DNA of 62,557 nt, filler included, from Welwitschia mirabilis (taxonomy: Eukaryota), in assembly GCA_051453625.1 (NCBI GenBank). It is 3 parts of one record of this genome, joined end to end, with 100 filler letters (N's around TTAATTAATTAA, not from the genome) between each part and the next. Parts side by side here need not be neighbours in the genome. Positions count along the whole stretch, not along the records: positions 22,867 to 54,475 come from JBOZIK010000001.1; 2 more parts are not named here. One strand, 5' to 3'. Below, piece after piece: positions 25,801 through 38,199 of the stretch. The first letter of the stretch is position 1. Each line of letters begins with the position of its first letter. The notes beneath the pieces were generated by a model, which did not search any database, was not told where the DNA came from, and saw only the letters and a program-made list of their open reading frames with translations. The translations under genes were made by a program, and so were the position numbers.

Positions 25801-27705
25801 TAGAAATCGATCCAGAAAAGATAAAATTAATCACTAACATGCCATCACCATGCAACCTAAAACAATGACATGCCATCACCATGCAACCTAAAACAATTAC
25901 ATAGTCTCCAAGATATACTACAAGCTATACGTTGATTTATTTCAACTTTGATAGATCGATATGAACCTTTCATGCATCTAATCAAGAAAGACAACCAATT
26001 TAAATGGGATAAAAATTACTAAAAATCTTTCAATAAGATCATAGAATACTTGACATCTACTCTTATTTTAAGTCCGTCTAAGGCTAATCAACTCTTTTAC
26101 CTTTATCTCACCTATACACCATCATCAATCAGCACGATGATCTTTCTATGAGATAAATTACACCAAGATCATCTAATTTACTACATTAGTAGAATAGTTC
26201 ATCAATAAGAGAAAAATTACACCAAAGCGAAAAAAGCATGTCTGAGTTTAGTCTTCACTTTATAGAAGTTTTGTCATTACATAATGATAAATAAAATAAT
26301 TGTGATCAATAATTAGATTCTACTCAAACATTTACTTAAATATTCTACTAGAAGTACTTGTATAACAAAGTGAACATCAATTTTTGCTAAGTTTGACTTG
26401 GAATTTCATTCTTAAAAATCCATCAAAGGTAAATGTAGAGTTGAACAAATAGTAGATTTACTAATAGAAACTGAGGATGAAGTTTTAGATCAACCTAAAT
26501 AATTTCTTGATGAAGAAATCCACTTTGTTGAAGTCAAAAAGACTTGTGATGCGTTAATATTTTTTTATGGTGCATCAAATAGAAATACTGGTTTTGTAGG
26601 CATAGTTTTCTTTTTGAACAATAAAATAAGTTTGCATTTTCCTTCAAGTTGAATTTTTCTTACATGAACAACATCACTGAATATGAAGCCTTATTAAGAT
26701 GGATAACTCTCATCATTCAATTTGATTTCAGGGGTTTACACATTTTTGGTGATTCACAACTAGTGGTCAATCAAGTATTAGGTAAATATAAAGTAAGATC
26801 AAAGGTTTTAGGTCTTTACCTTGAAAAGGCGAAAAGGATTATTTCTACATTTAACCCTTATAAGATCTTAGCCATTCCAATAAGTAAAAATTAATTTGCC
26901 AATTAACTTGTGAACTTTGCTCAAAGTTGTTTTAAAGATCCGTCATTCAAGGAATTTATCACATGTATAGATATAAACCAAAATTTTTTAGATGAACAAC
27001 CAATGGTAGCTTTTTTGGAATTACCACAGGATGAGATAAATCAGATAGTAAAGAATCTTAAAATAATTGATGAATGATATGACTTATTGGTAAATTACCT
27101 CACCGATCAAAAGATTCTAGAAGATTTCACTGCTATATAGAAACGAAATTTTTACGATCAAGCTACACACTTCACTATGATCCAAAGCCAACTATACAAA
27201 AAGTTGAATAATGACATCTTACTCAGATGCCTAAAATCAGGTAAAGCTACCTATGTTTTGAAAGAAACACATACTAGTTTGTGTGGTCGCTACCAGGGGA
27301 TAAAATCATTATTAATCCATGTTTTAAGATCTAGTTACTTCTAGAAAACCATGAGTCATGATTGTTTTAATATGATAAAAACCTGTTATACTTGTCAAAT
27401 CTTTTCACCTAGGATACATCAACTACCTATTGAACTATTTCCATCTAATTCTATTTTGGTATTCAGAAAATAGGGTATGGATCTAATTAGTCTAATTACA
27501 TCGACTTCATCTGAATGATATGCTTACATTCTCATTATGACTCAATACTTTTTAAAATAAGTAGAAGCAATACCTTTACATCAAATAACTACAAAACAAA
27601 TCTAAAAATTCATCATGGATCACATCATTACTAGATTTGGTACTCCTTACATCATTGTTAGCAATAATAGTCCACAATTCAAATTTGTCGAGTTGAAAAT
27701 TTTCT
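22867..27705 (+). pseudogene. Tat gag C-terminus-PR-RT-RH-aRH-INT remnant, copy A
   Basis: YEYHRIRRHHTKNYFNL (gag knuckle-like), RSFVDYGAELNVI (PR), LSFMDGYSSYN and KDYVNDVVVKS (RT), FYGASN..NNITEYEALL..IFGDSQLVVNQV (additional RNase H), HIITRFGTPYIIVSNNSPQF (INT). Confidence 0.9.
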
Positions 27706-27805
27706 NNNNNNNNNNNNNNNNNNNNNNNNNNNNNNNNNNNNNNNNNNNNNNNNNNNNNNNNNNNNNNNNNNNNNNNNNNNNNNNNNNNNNNNNNNNNNNN
27801 NNNNN

Positions 27806-30800
27806 CATTAGAAAGAAATTGTACAGTGGCAAATGTCAAAGGACGATCTCAAGCATCTTCCTTGTCATCGCCTCGAGTCCCAGAAAAAATGAATCATTCC
27901 ATTCTTACAATTTGAACATGATTCTGTAGATACTTATAAACTCAGAGTTTTACAAATCCCTGATGCATAACTTTTAGATTCAGGATGGACTCCATTCCTT
28001 TTTGAAGAGTTTCCATTAGTTCATGATCATTTTCTTCCACATAAGTCTTAATCATAAATAACCAAAAAAAAACACATGTTTTCAACATTTCGCCTTTTTC
28101 AATTCTTTACTCTTGAATAGTCTATTTGTATCTTCTTTTTTTGGCTCAAAACTCCAATCATTAGTTCTCATTTCAACCTTTTTTTTTTAGAGGATGCTAA
28201 AATGAAAATTTAATTGAAGTTACCCTTACACATTACGTTAGTTGGTCAATCTATGGAGAGGTACATTGATTTCAATTTTATCGATTTCAACTATAGTAGA
28301 TATTTAGAAAAATCCATCTATCTGTCTAAATGAAGAACAAACAAGCGAAAACACAAAAGCTTATGAAACAATGAAATCTCAAATCATCCTTAGCAAAGCA
28401 ACAAGATTTAAAACATAAAATTTTCAAGTAAATCCTGACAATCAAAAAAGGTCACTCAAAATCAATCAATACTTATTTCAAGAAATTAAATTAGAACTTG
28501 AAGTTGTGTTGTTATTTAATAAATACACATTTGCTTAGCATTACAAGGATATGTCAGGCATTGACAAATCGATCATCATGCATAACATCATCTTAAAACC
28601 AAATTTGATCCTAGTGAAGCAAACGATTAGAAAACTTAATCCTTACTTGGCATTGGTAGTAAAATAAGACTTAGAATGTCTTCTAACTGCCAGATTCATT
28701 AGACTAGTCGACTACTCAAATTGGTTATCAAACATGGTAGTTGTTCCAAAGAAAAATGATCAAATTAGTATTTGTATTGATTACTGGAACCTGAATAAGG
28801 TAACTCTGAAAGATGATTACCCTTTACCGAACATCAACATTATAGTAGATAACATAGCTGGCTATGACCTTCTATCCTTCATGGATGATTATTCAGGTTA
28901 TAATCAAATATTTATCAATTTTGAAGATCAACACAACACTATATTTATAACACTTTGGGGGCTTTACTATTATGTCATGATATCTTTTGGACTACAGTAT
29001 ACTGGTGCAACATATCAGTGAGCAATGACCCATATATTTCATAACTTGATACATCATAATATAAAAGATTATGTTGATGACGTTGTAGTGGGAAAAAAAA
29101 TAATAGATGATCATCCAACTGATTTGAGATAACTCTTTAAGTAAGCAAGACAATATGATTTATGATTTAATATAAAGAAATGTGTTATTAGTGTACCATC
29201 ATGAAAGATTTTAGGTTTCATGATTCCAAAATGAGGAATAGAAATCGATTGAGAAAAGATTAAAGCAATCACTGACATGCCGTCACCTCATAACTTGAAG
29301 TAATTACATAGTCTCCAAGGTAGACTATAAGCCATACATCGATTCATTTTGACTTTGACAGATCGATGTGAACCTTTCATGCATCTACTCAAGAAGGACA
29401 ATCAATTTAAATGGGATGACAATTGCCAAAAATCCTTTGATAAGATTAAATAATATTTGATATCAACCCCTATCTTAAGTCCACCTAAGCCTGATCAGCC
29501 CTTTTACCTTTACCTTACATATACACCATCATCATTAAGTGTAATGATTTTTGAATGAGATGAACTACACTGAGATTATCCAATTTACTATATCAGTAGA
29601 ATACTTCATCAGTATGATAAAAACTACTTTGAAGCAGAAAAAGCATGTCTGAGTTTAGTCTTCCCTTTAGAAGTTTTGCTATTATATGGTGATGAATAAA
29701 ACAATTGTAATCGATAACCAGAATCTACTCAAACATTTACTCCAATATTCTAGTGGAAGTACTCGTCTAACAAAGTGTACATCGATTCTTACTAAGTTTG
29801 ATTTGGAATTTTAATCCCAAAAAATCCATCAAAGATAAATGCATAGTTGAATAAATAGTGGATCTACGTATGAAAATTGAAGGTGAAATATTAGATAAAT
29901 CTGAGCAATTTCTAGATGAAGAAATCCACTTCATTAAAATCAAAAAGAGTTGTGATGCATTACTATTATTTGATGGTGCATCAAATAGAAATGGTGTTTT
30001 TGTAGGAGTAGTTTTCTTTTTGAACAACAAAACGAGCTTATCATTCTCCTTCATACTAAATTTTCCTTGCATGAACAACATCATAGAATATGAAGCTTTA
30101 TCAAGAGGAATAATCCTCACCATTTAACTTGATTTCAAGAACTTACGTATTTTTGGTGATTCATAGCTAGTGGTTAACTAAGTTTTGGATAAATATGAAG
30201 TGAGATCGAGATTTTTATGCCTTTACCTTGAAAAGGTAAGAAGGTTGCTTTCCACATTTGACCTTATGAAATTCTAGCCATCCCAGGAAGTGAAAATCAA
30301 TTTGTCGATTACCTCGGAAACTTCACCAAACTTGTTTTAAAGACCCGTCATTCAAGAAATTTATTACATGTGTAGATGTAAACCAAAATTTCCTAGATGA
30401 ACAACCTATGATAGCTTATTTGGAATTACCACAAAATGAGGTAAACCAACTTATAAAGGATTCTAAAATAATCGATGAATGATATGACACACTAGTAAAT
30501 TATCTCACTAATCAAAAGTTACCAAAAAATTTTACTACTATACAAAGACGAAATTTTGTGATTAGACTACATGTTTTACCATGATTTAAAGCAAACTATA
30601 CAAGAAATCAAATGATGACATCTTACTCAGATGCCTGAAGTTAGGTGAAGCAGCATATGTTTTGAAAGAAACACATGCTGGTTTATGCGGTCCACACTAG
30701 GGGGTAAAATCATTATTAATTCATGCCTTAAGATCTGGTTACTTCTGGAAAGACATGAGTCATGATTGTTTTAGGATGATGCAAACCTATCATACTTGTC

Positions 30801-31718
30801 AAATATTTTCACCTAAGATACATCAACAGCCTACCAAAATTTTTTCATCTAATCCTATTTGGGTATTTAGAAAATTGGGTATAAATCTAATTGGTCCAAT
30901 TATATTAACTTCTTCTGAATGACATTCTTATATCCTCACTGTAAGTAAATACTTTTTAAAGTGGGTAGAAGCAATACCTTTATATCAAATGACTACAAAA
31001 CAAATTAAAAAATTCATCATGTATCACATCGTTGCAAGATTTGGTACTCCTTACATCATTGTTAGCGACAACGGTCCTCAATTCAAATCTGTCGAGTTGA
31101 AAAATTTCTTGATTAAATTTGGAATAAAACATTCCTTTTTCACCCCATGTTATCCTCAAGCAAACAGTTAAGCTAAAGCCATGAATAAAGTAATCATAAA
31201 ATACCTTAAGAAGTTATTAAAAAAAATCCTAAATCATAGCATGAAAAGTTATCCCTTACATTGTGGGCTTACTGCATCTCGGTAAAAGTGCCATGGGAAC
31301 AACCCCGTTTTAGTTAGATTATGGTAATAAGCTAATTTTACTATTATAAATCCAAATTCCTATACTATAGACTTTGGTCAAAGATCTTGAATTGTCTAAC
31401 ATTGAAAGAGAGACATGACTTGCTCAGTTAGCAACTCTAGATAAGTAAAGAATAAAAGCACTGCAACATTTGAAACTTTACCAAAAATGAGTGAGTGATG
31501 CATACAACAAAAATGTCAACCCATGACCTTACAATATAGGTGAACTTGTCTTAAAAGTAAGCTTAACCAAGAAGACCCCAAAATTTTCATCAAATTGATT
31601 AGGACCATTGATCATATCACAAAAATTTGACAAAGGAACATACAAACTCAAAAATCCAAATGACGTTGAAGATAAAGAATCGATAAACTCATTTTACCTT
31701 AGACCATACTATCGGTAA
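27806..31718 (+). pseudogene. Tat RT-RH-aRH-INT remnant, copy B, running to the integrase stop
   Basis: MVVVPKKNDQISICIDYWNLNKVTLKDDYPLPNI, KDYVDDVVV, LLFDGASN..NNIIEYEAL, IVSDNGPQF, TPCYPQANS, ending INSFYLRPYYR*. Colinear with ~24226-27705 but diverged from it. Confidence 0.9.
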
Positions 31719-32893
31719 AACTCATAATTCACATCCCGTTTTCTGCATTTTCACTACTAATTTTATGCATTTACTATTACCATTTCATTCATAATAAAAT
31801 GTGATGCATCCATGTGACTATTAGTTATTTAGGATAGTATTTTCTTATATATTATGCAGGTTTCATGTTTTTCTTATTTGTTTGAGTTTCACAGATCATA
31901 ACCAACCATATACTTCAACTTCTGGTATAGTTACATGTTGGTAATCATCCTATGCCACCTGCACCTAGTAAACATCATCTCATTCCTTATCGAGCATCCT
32001 TGATTGACATTTCATTTCATGAGGCTTCTCCTGTAGAAGATGATGAAGATGATGATACTATATACCATATCAACCCTTGCTATGCCACCACCTATTTGAT
32101 CCCTTCTAGAGCTTACACCTCTACACAAATCATTTTATTCTATCTTCTTATGCAAAATATCCATTCTTCCGCCTGACAATAGCATGTTTCACCTACTCAT
32201 TCTCTTTCCTTCAATAATAAGACATGTCATTTTTAATTCCCATTTTGCATTCAAAATCTTTTCAATTTGTTATCAATATTTTTGTTGAATTAATTCACTT
32301 TATTCTATTGAATGACATTTGGGTACATCTTTATAATAAAGTTAACTATTAAGTGATCAAAGTATTACTTTACAAAGAAATGCACTTTAAATGATTTCGT
32401 TAAGCTTTTAACTTAGATGCTAAGAAAGAACTTAGTATTAATGGATAATAGCTAAGATTATATTAATAATTATCATAACACTCTTGGCATGACAGAAGCG
32501 ATTGAGTAGGAAGACCCTCTTGATCAAGAGTTAAGTCTTTCCTTTATCTTTATCTAAATGATTCCTTAGCAAGTTTCTTGGTTAAAGTCATTTCTTTGTT
32601 TGATTTTCAACCTTGTTTGGTCCTATGTTAAACCACATTTGAGTTTTCATAAAAGTAGTTTTTCTAGCTTCAGACATTTACAGTAATAAGATTGGACTTC
32701 ATCCAATCTTAAGACATTTGTACATCTACAACATCTGATGCCTCATGTTCTTCTATCCTAATATCGATTTGTATCAAATCTAATACTTGTTGTTAGTAGT
32801 AAACCTTATGATTTACCATTCAATGATCAATTAATGTTTTTTTAAAAAAAAGAGGAATTCAAGTCAATTGATAAAATATCAAAATCATGCACC

Positions 32894-32926
32894 AAAAAAA
32901 AAAAAAAAAAAAGGAAGGAGGGGAGG
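32894..32926 (+). promoter_or_regulatory. Candidate polypurine tract of the Tat element
   Basis: A-run plus GGAAGGAGGGGAGG followed by TG, about 1.2 kb after the integrase stop. Confidence 0.45.
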
Positions 32927-32939
32927 TGGAGGTGAAAGA

Positions 32940-33440
32940 AAATCATGATGTCCTACCACAAGCGCATTGGGGAAAATATTCTTGAGACGGCCCTTTCGCA
33001 GTGCGATATGGTAGCTATGGAAACTCCACCAGGGCATTAGTTGATCATGATCTAGCTTTGACTTGCAGATCCTTATGCTCTTGACAGTGGTTGAACTTCC
33101 TTCATCATAATGGATGGTGTTCTCTAAAAATTCTATTGATTAGATTTTCCCTAACTTCAAAGCTATAACTTTACAAGCGTTTAGAACATATTGATTATTG
33201 AATAGTAAGTTGGCAAGGTCTCATTTGCTATCACAGTTGATGATTAGATTGAGTTATAATCCTGATAGCATATTAATACTTCACAGAATGACTATAAACA
33301 TTGTCATGATCACTATCTTAATTACATGATACTCTGTGTCTTTTAGCATTAGATCATTGTTAACAATATCGAATAGTTTTATGACTTATACTAGTAGAAA
33401 TTATTAGGTTGGTATTTAGAGACATTGTAATTAATCTCTT
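32940..33440 (+). repeat. Inverted diverged copy of the Athila post-integrase block
   Basis: Reverse complement aligns with 37255-37750 and 22250-22760 (e.g. GAGTTTCCATAGCTACCATAT...GTGGTAGGACATCATG). Confidence 0.65.
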
Positions 33441-33979
33441 TCATGCCTCTATTGGTTCATTTTCACTTAATCTTTCTTAATATTTGAAATTAATTATGTC
33501 AAAGTTATTTTTCGGATTTACTTTCAAACTTGTTTAAGGCTAATTCCACTTTTAGTTAACTTGTCCATTTTTAATACCCAAATGCTTTTTACTATATAGT
33601 TATTTTAACTCATTTTTATTTCATTTAATTGAGTTCATTTCTTCACTTCATCATCATTCATAATGCATTTGTCATCTCCATTATACGCACATCCAAATAT
33701 TGTTCACATTTCATTTTCATAATTTATTCAAGTTATACCTCATCTATCTCAATTTTCATTTGATCACATATGTCTAAAATTTTTGATGTAAAGCTCACCC
33801 TTCCACTTATTTTATTTTATTTTTATAATTTTTTCCCTTTCTTTTGTGAAACCTTACAAGGATAATCAAAAATCTTCTTTAGTTTCTGTCATGTAATAGA
33901 ACCACTTGATAGGTTTTAATAACCAACATTATACTCATTGGTTTAACAACTTTGCTATCTATCTTAAGGCATTTAAAGG

Positions 33980-34660
33980 ATCTTGGCAATGCTTTTTTTT
34001 ATAAACAAAAAAATGGAGGATAGTATCAGGATCTAAATCAGATTCATTTAACAGAATTAGATTACCATCTTCAATTGCCTCCAACTAGAGTGTATTCAGA
34101 TCTGAGCTCCTTTTCATATTACTTACAGATGAAGGCATCAATGTGACACTAGCATCTTCTTTATCCATTACAAGATTAGGTGCTTTGCTTAATGTCTGAT
34201 TTTGATATACAATCAATGAAAACTATTTTCATTGTTGTACATTGCGCTCTTGGAGGCTATAGTTCGGAATTTGAAACTAGATTCAAGTTGCTAGAATATA
34301 TTTGATTTTCACTTGAATTGGATAAGGACTTTCCTTCTGTTAAAGTATCAGCGTCAAACACGTTAGCCTTTCCATGAACAGGCCTTTTATCTAATAAACA
34401 TTTTGATTGCACTCTCATATCAAGTAAGTGCTCATTTTCTTTGAAATCGATTTCATCCTCCTCTGCTTGATATTCATGTTTAGGAGGAGAAAGTATGTAG
34501 GATTCTATATCGTGCTAGATATCTTCTTTAACATTACTATCCAAATATTCATTTGAGATTTGTAACTCAGTAATCATTTTTTTTTTTTTTTTTGGTGCAA
34601 CTACATCCTTGACATTTTTAAATGATAACAATACATTTCCATTTACTTCCTCTTCATAAG
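33980..34660 (-). pseudogene. CAF1: Captured CRS2-associated factor C-terminal region
   Basis: Decayed acidic frame ending L*LEAIEDGNLILLNESDLDPDTI, similar to the recalled CAF1 C-terminal motif L.QAVESG.A.VLD..DLDPDTV; same strand as, and downstream of, the CRM piece. Confidence 0.6.
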
Positions 34661-34680
34661 GGATATTAGCCATGTCTATG

Positions 34681-34853
34681 AATGACTTCTCCTTGTATGA
34701 ATGACTTTACCTCTAGTTTTTTTTTCTTTCTTAAGCTTTTCATAGATATTAGCCATGTCTATGGTAGGAACCCCTAGACATTTTATTTTACAAACATGCC
34801 TGTGCTTCCAATATGCATGGATGTTTTCAAGCATGTTGTGTGTTAAACCATCT
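34681..34853 (-). pseudogene. CAF1: Captured CRS2-associated factor CRM domain fragment
   Basis: ORF track 34676-34945 contains DGLTHNMLENIHAYWKHRHVCKIKCLGVPTIDMANIYEKLKKEKKTRGKVIH. Confidence 0.88.
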
Positions 34854-36005
34854 TGTGATGTGATACGCCCGCAGAACATGTGAATTTTATTTTTTCCAGA
34901 ACCTCCAATCGCAGCTCTGCAACAATGAATGCACAGACGTAACATCCTAGAAGCTGGTAGGTGCTTTTGTTGCTGATACCCAGGGACGCAGCCACAAGGA
35001 CTCTAGTGACATCAATTAGATGGATGTTGTTTTGGTGGATGAACAATGTCTGTCCAGAGTTTAAGGAAGGCATGGTTGTGGTCTCTCATGTAATGACTGA
35101 AGAGCAAAATAAATGAGACAAGATCATGCACGTGTACGGCTCAATGGACGACATGCTTGCCGTTATCAGGCTTACAATAAATGCCTTTTCTCAACTAGTC
35201 ACCACAACCTTGTCACTATTGGTAAATATCAGAGAGCACAGCAAAAACGCATGGCAGAGGAGACGCACCGCACCTTATGAAAAAGAATGCTAATAGAAAT
35301 GCAGATCAAAATGAGGTCGGGACAGAGATCAAGACACTGCAAAAGAGGGAATACCAGGAGAACCTCATGGAAGCGATCAGAAAGGGGATCAAACAACAGC
35401 AAACGACAAGAAATGGCATCGAAAGGCCAGTAGGAGTACGCATTGCAACGTGAATAGCAAAGTAAGTCCTAGCCTCGAATAAACATTCAGGTTCCCATTT
35501 TGTCTTTCCATTGTAATAGATCATCTACATTATTGGTTGCAAATTCATTCTTTTTTAATTTATTTCATGGTTTTCAATCAGCTATAGTTTTTTTAATATA
35601 ATTTTGGACTTATTATTAGTATCCAAAAAAATAAAAATATGTTTTTAATTTTTTTTAATTGAAATCTTTCTAATAATACTTTTATTTATATAGTGTCTTG
35701 AAAATAGTAAACGCACAAATCTCCAATTGTAATAGTGTGATAACACTTCAAAGAGAAAAGGCTTTTTTTTAAAAAAATTATTCTAAATTATATTTTAGAT
35801 TTTATTTCCTAAATTATTCCTTTTAGATTTCATCCATAATTTAATGGTTAATTATAAGCTTTAGGAAATCCGTAATATCTTACACCCAAATCATAATATC
35901 AATTAGCCATTAGCCTTTATTCAACTCAAATATTTTAACATTTTCAAAATCCTAGGTAAGACACCATATAACAAAAATTTAACGTTGCGAAAAATAATTA
36001 TAATA
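34720..36005 (+). repeat. 3' LTR of the Tat element (portion alignable to the 5' LTR; true start may be as far left as 32927)
   Basis: Colinear with 7262-9372 except for two deletions (about 7763-8340 and 8494-8778); ends AAAATAATTATAATA versus AAAATAGTCGTAACA. Confidence 0.75.
34849..34936 (-). pseudogene. POLH: Captured DNA polymerase eta fragment
   Basis: ORF track 34843-35073 contains CAFIVAELRLEVLEKIKFTCSAGVSHHKM, the Y-family TCSAG(I/V).HNK motif. Confidence 0.85.
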
Positions 36006-38199
36006 GTGTCACATGGAAGCTCAAAATAATCCCGTAAATTAGTAAAAATCATAAAAATATGTCTTACTCCCCCTCTTAAAAGCATTAATACATCCCGTAG
36101 TACCTAATCATATGAATGAAAACACAAAACGTGTGAAAAAGTCGAAAAGTGTAAAAATCAGGTGAGCCTCACCTAAGGTTAAAAAAATGAAAGTGTTCAA
36201 ATCAATATTTTAATCTACTGGAATCATAGAGCATGTTGTACTGATTAAATTTTCCTAAAGGACCACTATGTTTTGACTTACGGGTTGTGAGAAAACAAGT
36301 TTTAAAGTTAAAACCCTAATTCTACCTCATAAAGTACACAATTCATCATAACTTATAAAATATGCAATGAAAATTAGATCTGTAAGTTGTAAATCAAAGA
36401 GCATGAAAAATTGAACTTCATGCATGGAATCTACATGCTAAAAGGCTCAAAAAAGAGAGAAAATTTAAAAATAATGAGGGAGAGAAAAACATACATCATT
36501 TTGTAAAATCTACTGAAATCTAGCAATCTATTAAACGAACCTAACTGAGAGAAGATCCAGAACATCGATAGGGATTAAAGGCACTATCAGGAGAATGGTG
36601 AAAATAATAGATAATGAAAGAAAAATAAAGGAAAAAAAGTTAAGTCATGATTTTATCACACTATCGTCCAATCATGTCATCTGGATAACAGCCTTAGAAT
36701 AACTGTCAAAAAAAATCTCAATGTCATCCTCTAATATTGTCTAGATGACAAGGTGAATGACGTAACTTTGAAACTTTTTAAAAAAGTTAAGATGTCAGTC
36801 AAACAAGTTAGACTCAAATATCAGTGTGAAGGTATCAAAATGTATCAAAAAGCTCGAAAAATTAGGAATGATGAAGNNNNNNNNNNNNNNNNNNNNNNNN
36901 NNNNNNNNNNNNNNNNNNNNNNNNNNNNNNNNNNNNNNNNNNNNNNNNNNNNNNNNNNNNNNNNNNNNNNNNNNNNNNNNNNNNNNNNNNNNNNNNNNNN
37001 NNNNNNNNNNNNNNNNNNNNNNNNNNNNNNNNNNNNNNNNNNNNNNNNNNNNNNNNNNNNNNNNNNNNNNNNNNNNNNNNNNNNNNNNNNNNNNNNNNNN
37101 NNNNNNNNNNNNNNNNNNNNNNNNNNNNNNNAACAAGGAAACTAGTAAATGATAAGGTCCTAAATAATGATGAAAAAATACAAAAATGGCTTTAAAATAA
37201 TAAACTAGAAAATTAAAGAAAATCAGAATGAAAATGAACATAAGGAACATGAATAAGATAGATTACCTACCTTAAATTCTAACCTAGCAAACCCCCTTGG
37301 AAGATATCATGAAGCCATTTGAGTAAAAATGCATAACAAAATATATTAACTACATAACGTTTCACTCAAAAGGGTAGTAATTATGATGACACTAAAGATC
37401 GAGTACTTAAAACCATAAATGATAAGATTAAAAGCTACTTAGAAATGAACTTATCTACTAACACTTTAAAACACACCCAAATCATAAAAATTGAAATAAT
37501 CATGTAGGAATACTAAGAGTTTAGGAAATAATCAATGCCTCTGATAATACTAAAAACACCACTAGATCCATAGCTCAAAGTTTTATTACTACTTTTTATG
37601 ATAAGGGGAGTATAGCCATAGTCAAAGAAGTAAGGGCCCATGAAGCATGATCAATTGACCCCCTAGTCGAGTTTCCATATCTACCCATACTACCAAAGGT
37701 TTCTTTCGAAAAAATTTACCCTAGTGTGGTAGGACATTATGGTAATCATGTATTTTAGTACAAATACAATAGATCATGATCATTATTTTTTCCTTCTTCT
37801 TTTTTTTCACACAAATAATTCCCACATGATTACACACTCAAAAAGATAAAGGTGAATAAGTGAGATAAAAGATAGAAAAGAATGGACCGAAACAATAAAG
37901 ATCTCACACCATTAAAAAAATAATGGAAACTAAGGTATCTTCCTTTAAAGTAAAGTTCATAGAGATATGAATGTCTTAGTATTGGATGAATCCAATCTTA
38001 TCACTGTAAAAATGTCAAGTATGAATATTAGTTATGGAAACTTCATAAAGCAAAAACATAAGTCAAGTTTAAAAGATGATCAAGTGATATCATAACATTC
38101 ATTAAAGGAATATATTAAGAAAGAATTTAGATAATGGTAGGATAGAAGTTCTCTCCCTCAAGGGAATCTTCAAAAAAATTATTCTATCATGTTCAAGAT

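Larger units (their letters stand above)
7189..36005 (+). mobile_element. Tat-clade (Ogre/Retand-like) Ty3/gypsy element with nested insertions
   Basis: Homologous terminal blocks ending at 9372 and 36005, PBS at 9377, gag-PR-RT-RH-aRH-INT at 22867-31718, purine tract at 32894-32926. TSD not recovered, and a scaffold join lies inside. Confidence 0.6.

Noticed and set aside
33980-35073. Intact POLH or CAF host gene
   Set aside because: Only short pieces, fused out of frame, with stops, and duplicated within LTR copies.
7184-36010. Target-site duplication for the Tat element
   Set aside because: Flanks AAATG and GTGTC do not match; the left boundary is uncertain, so no TSD is claimed.
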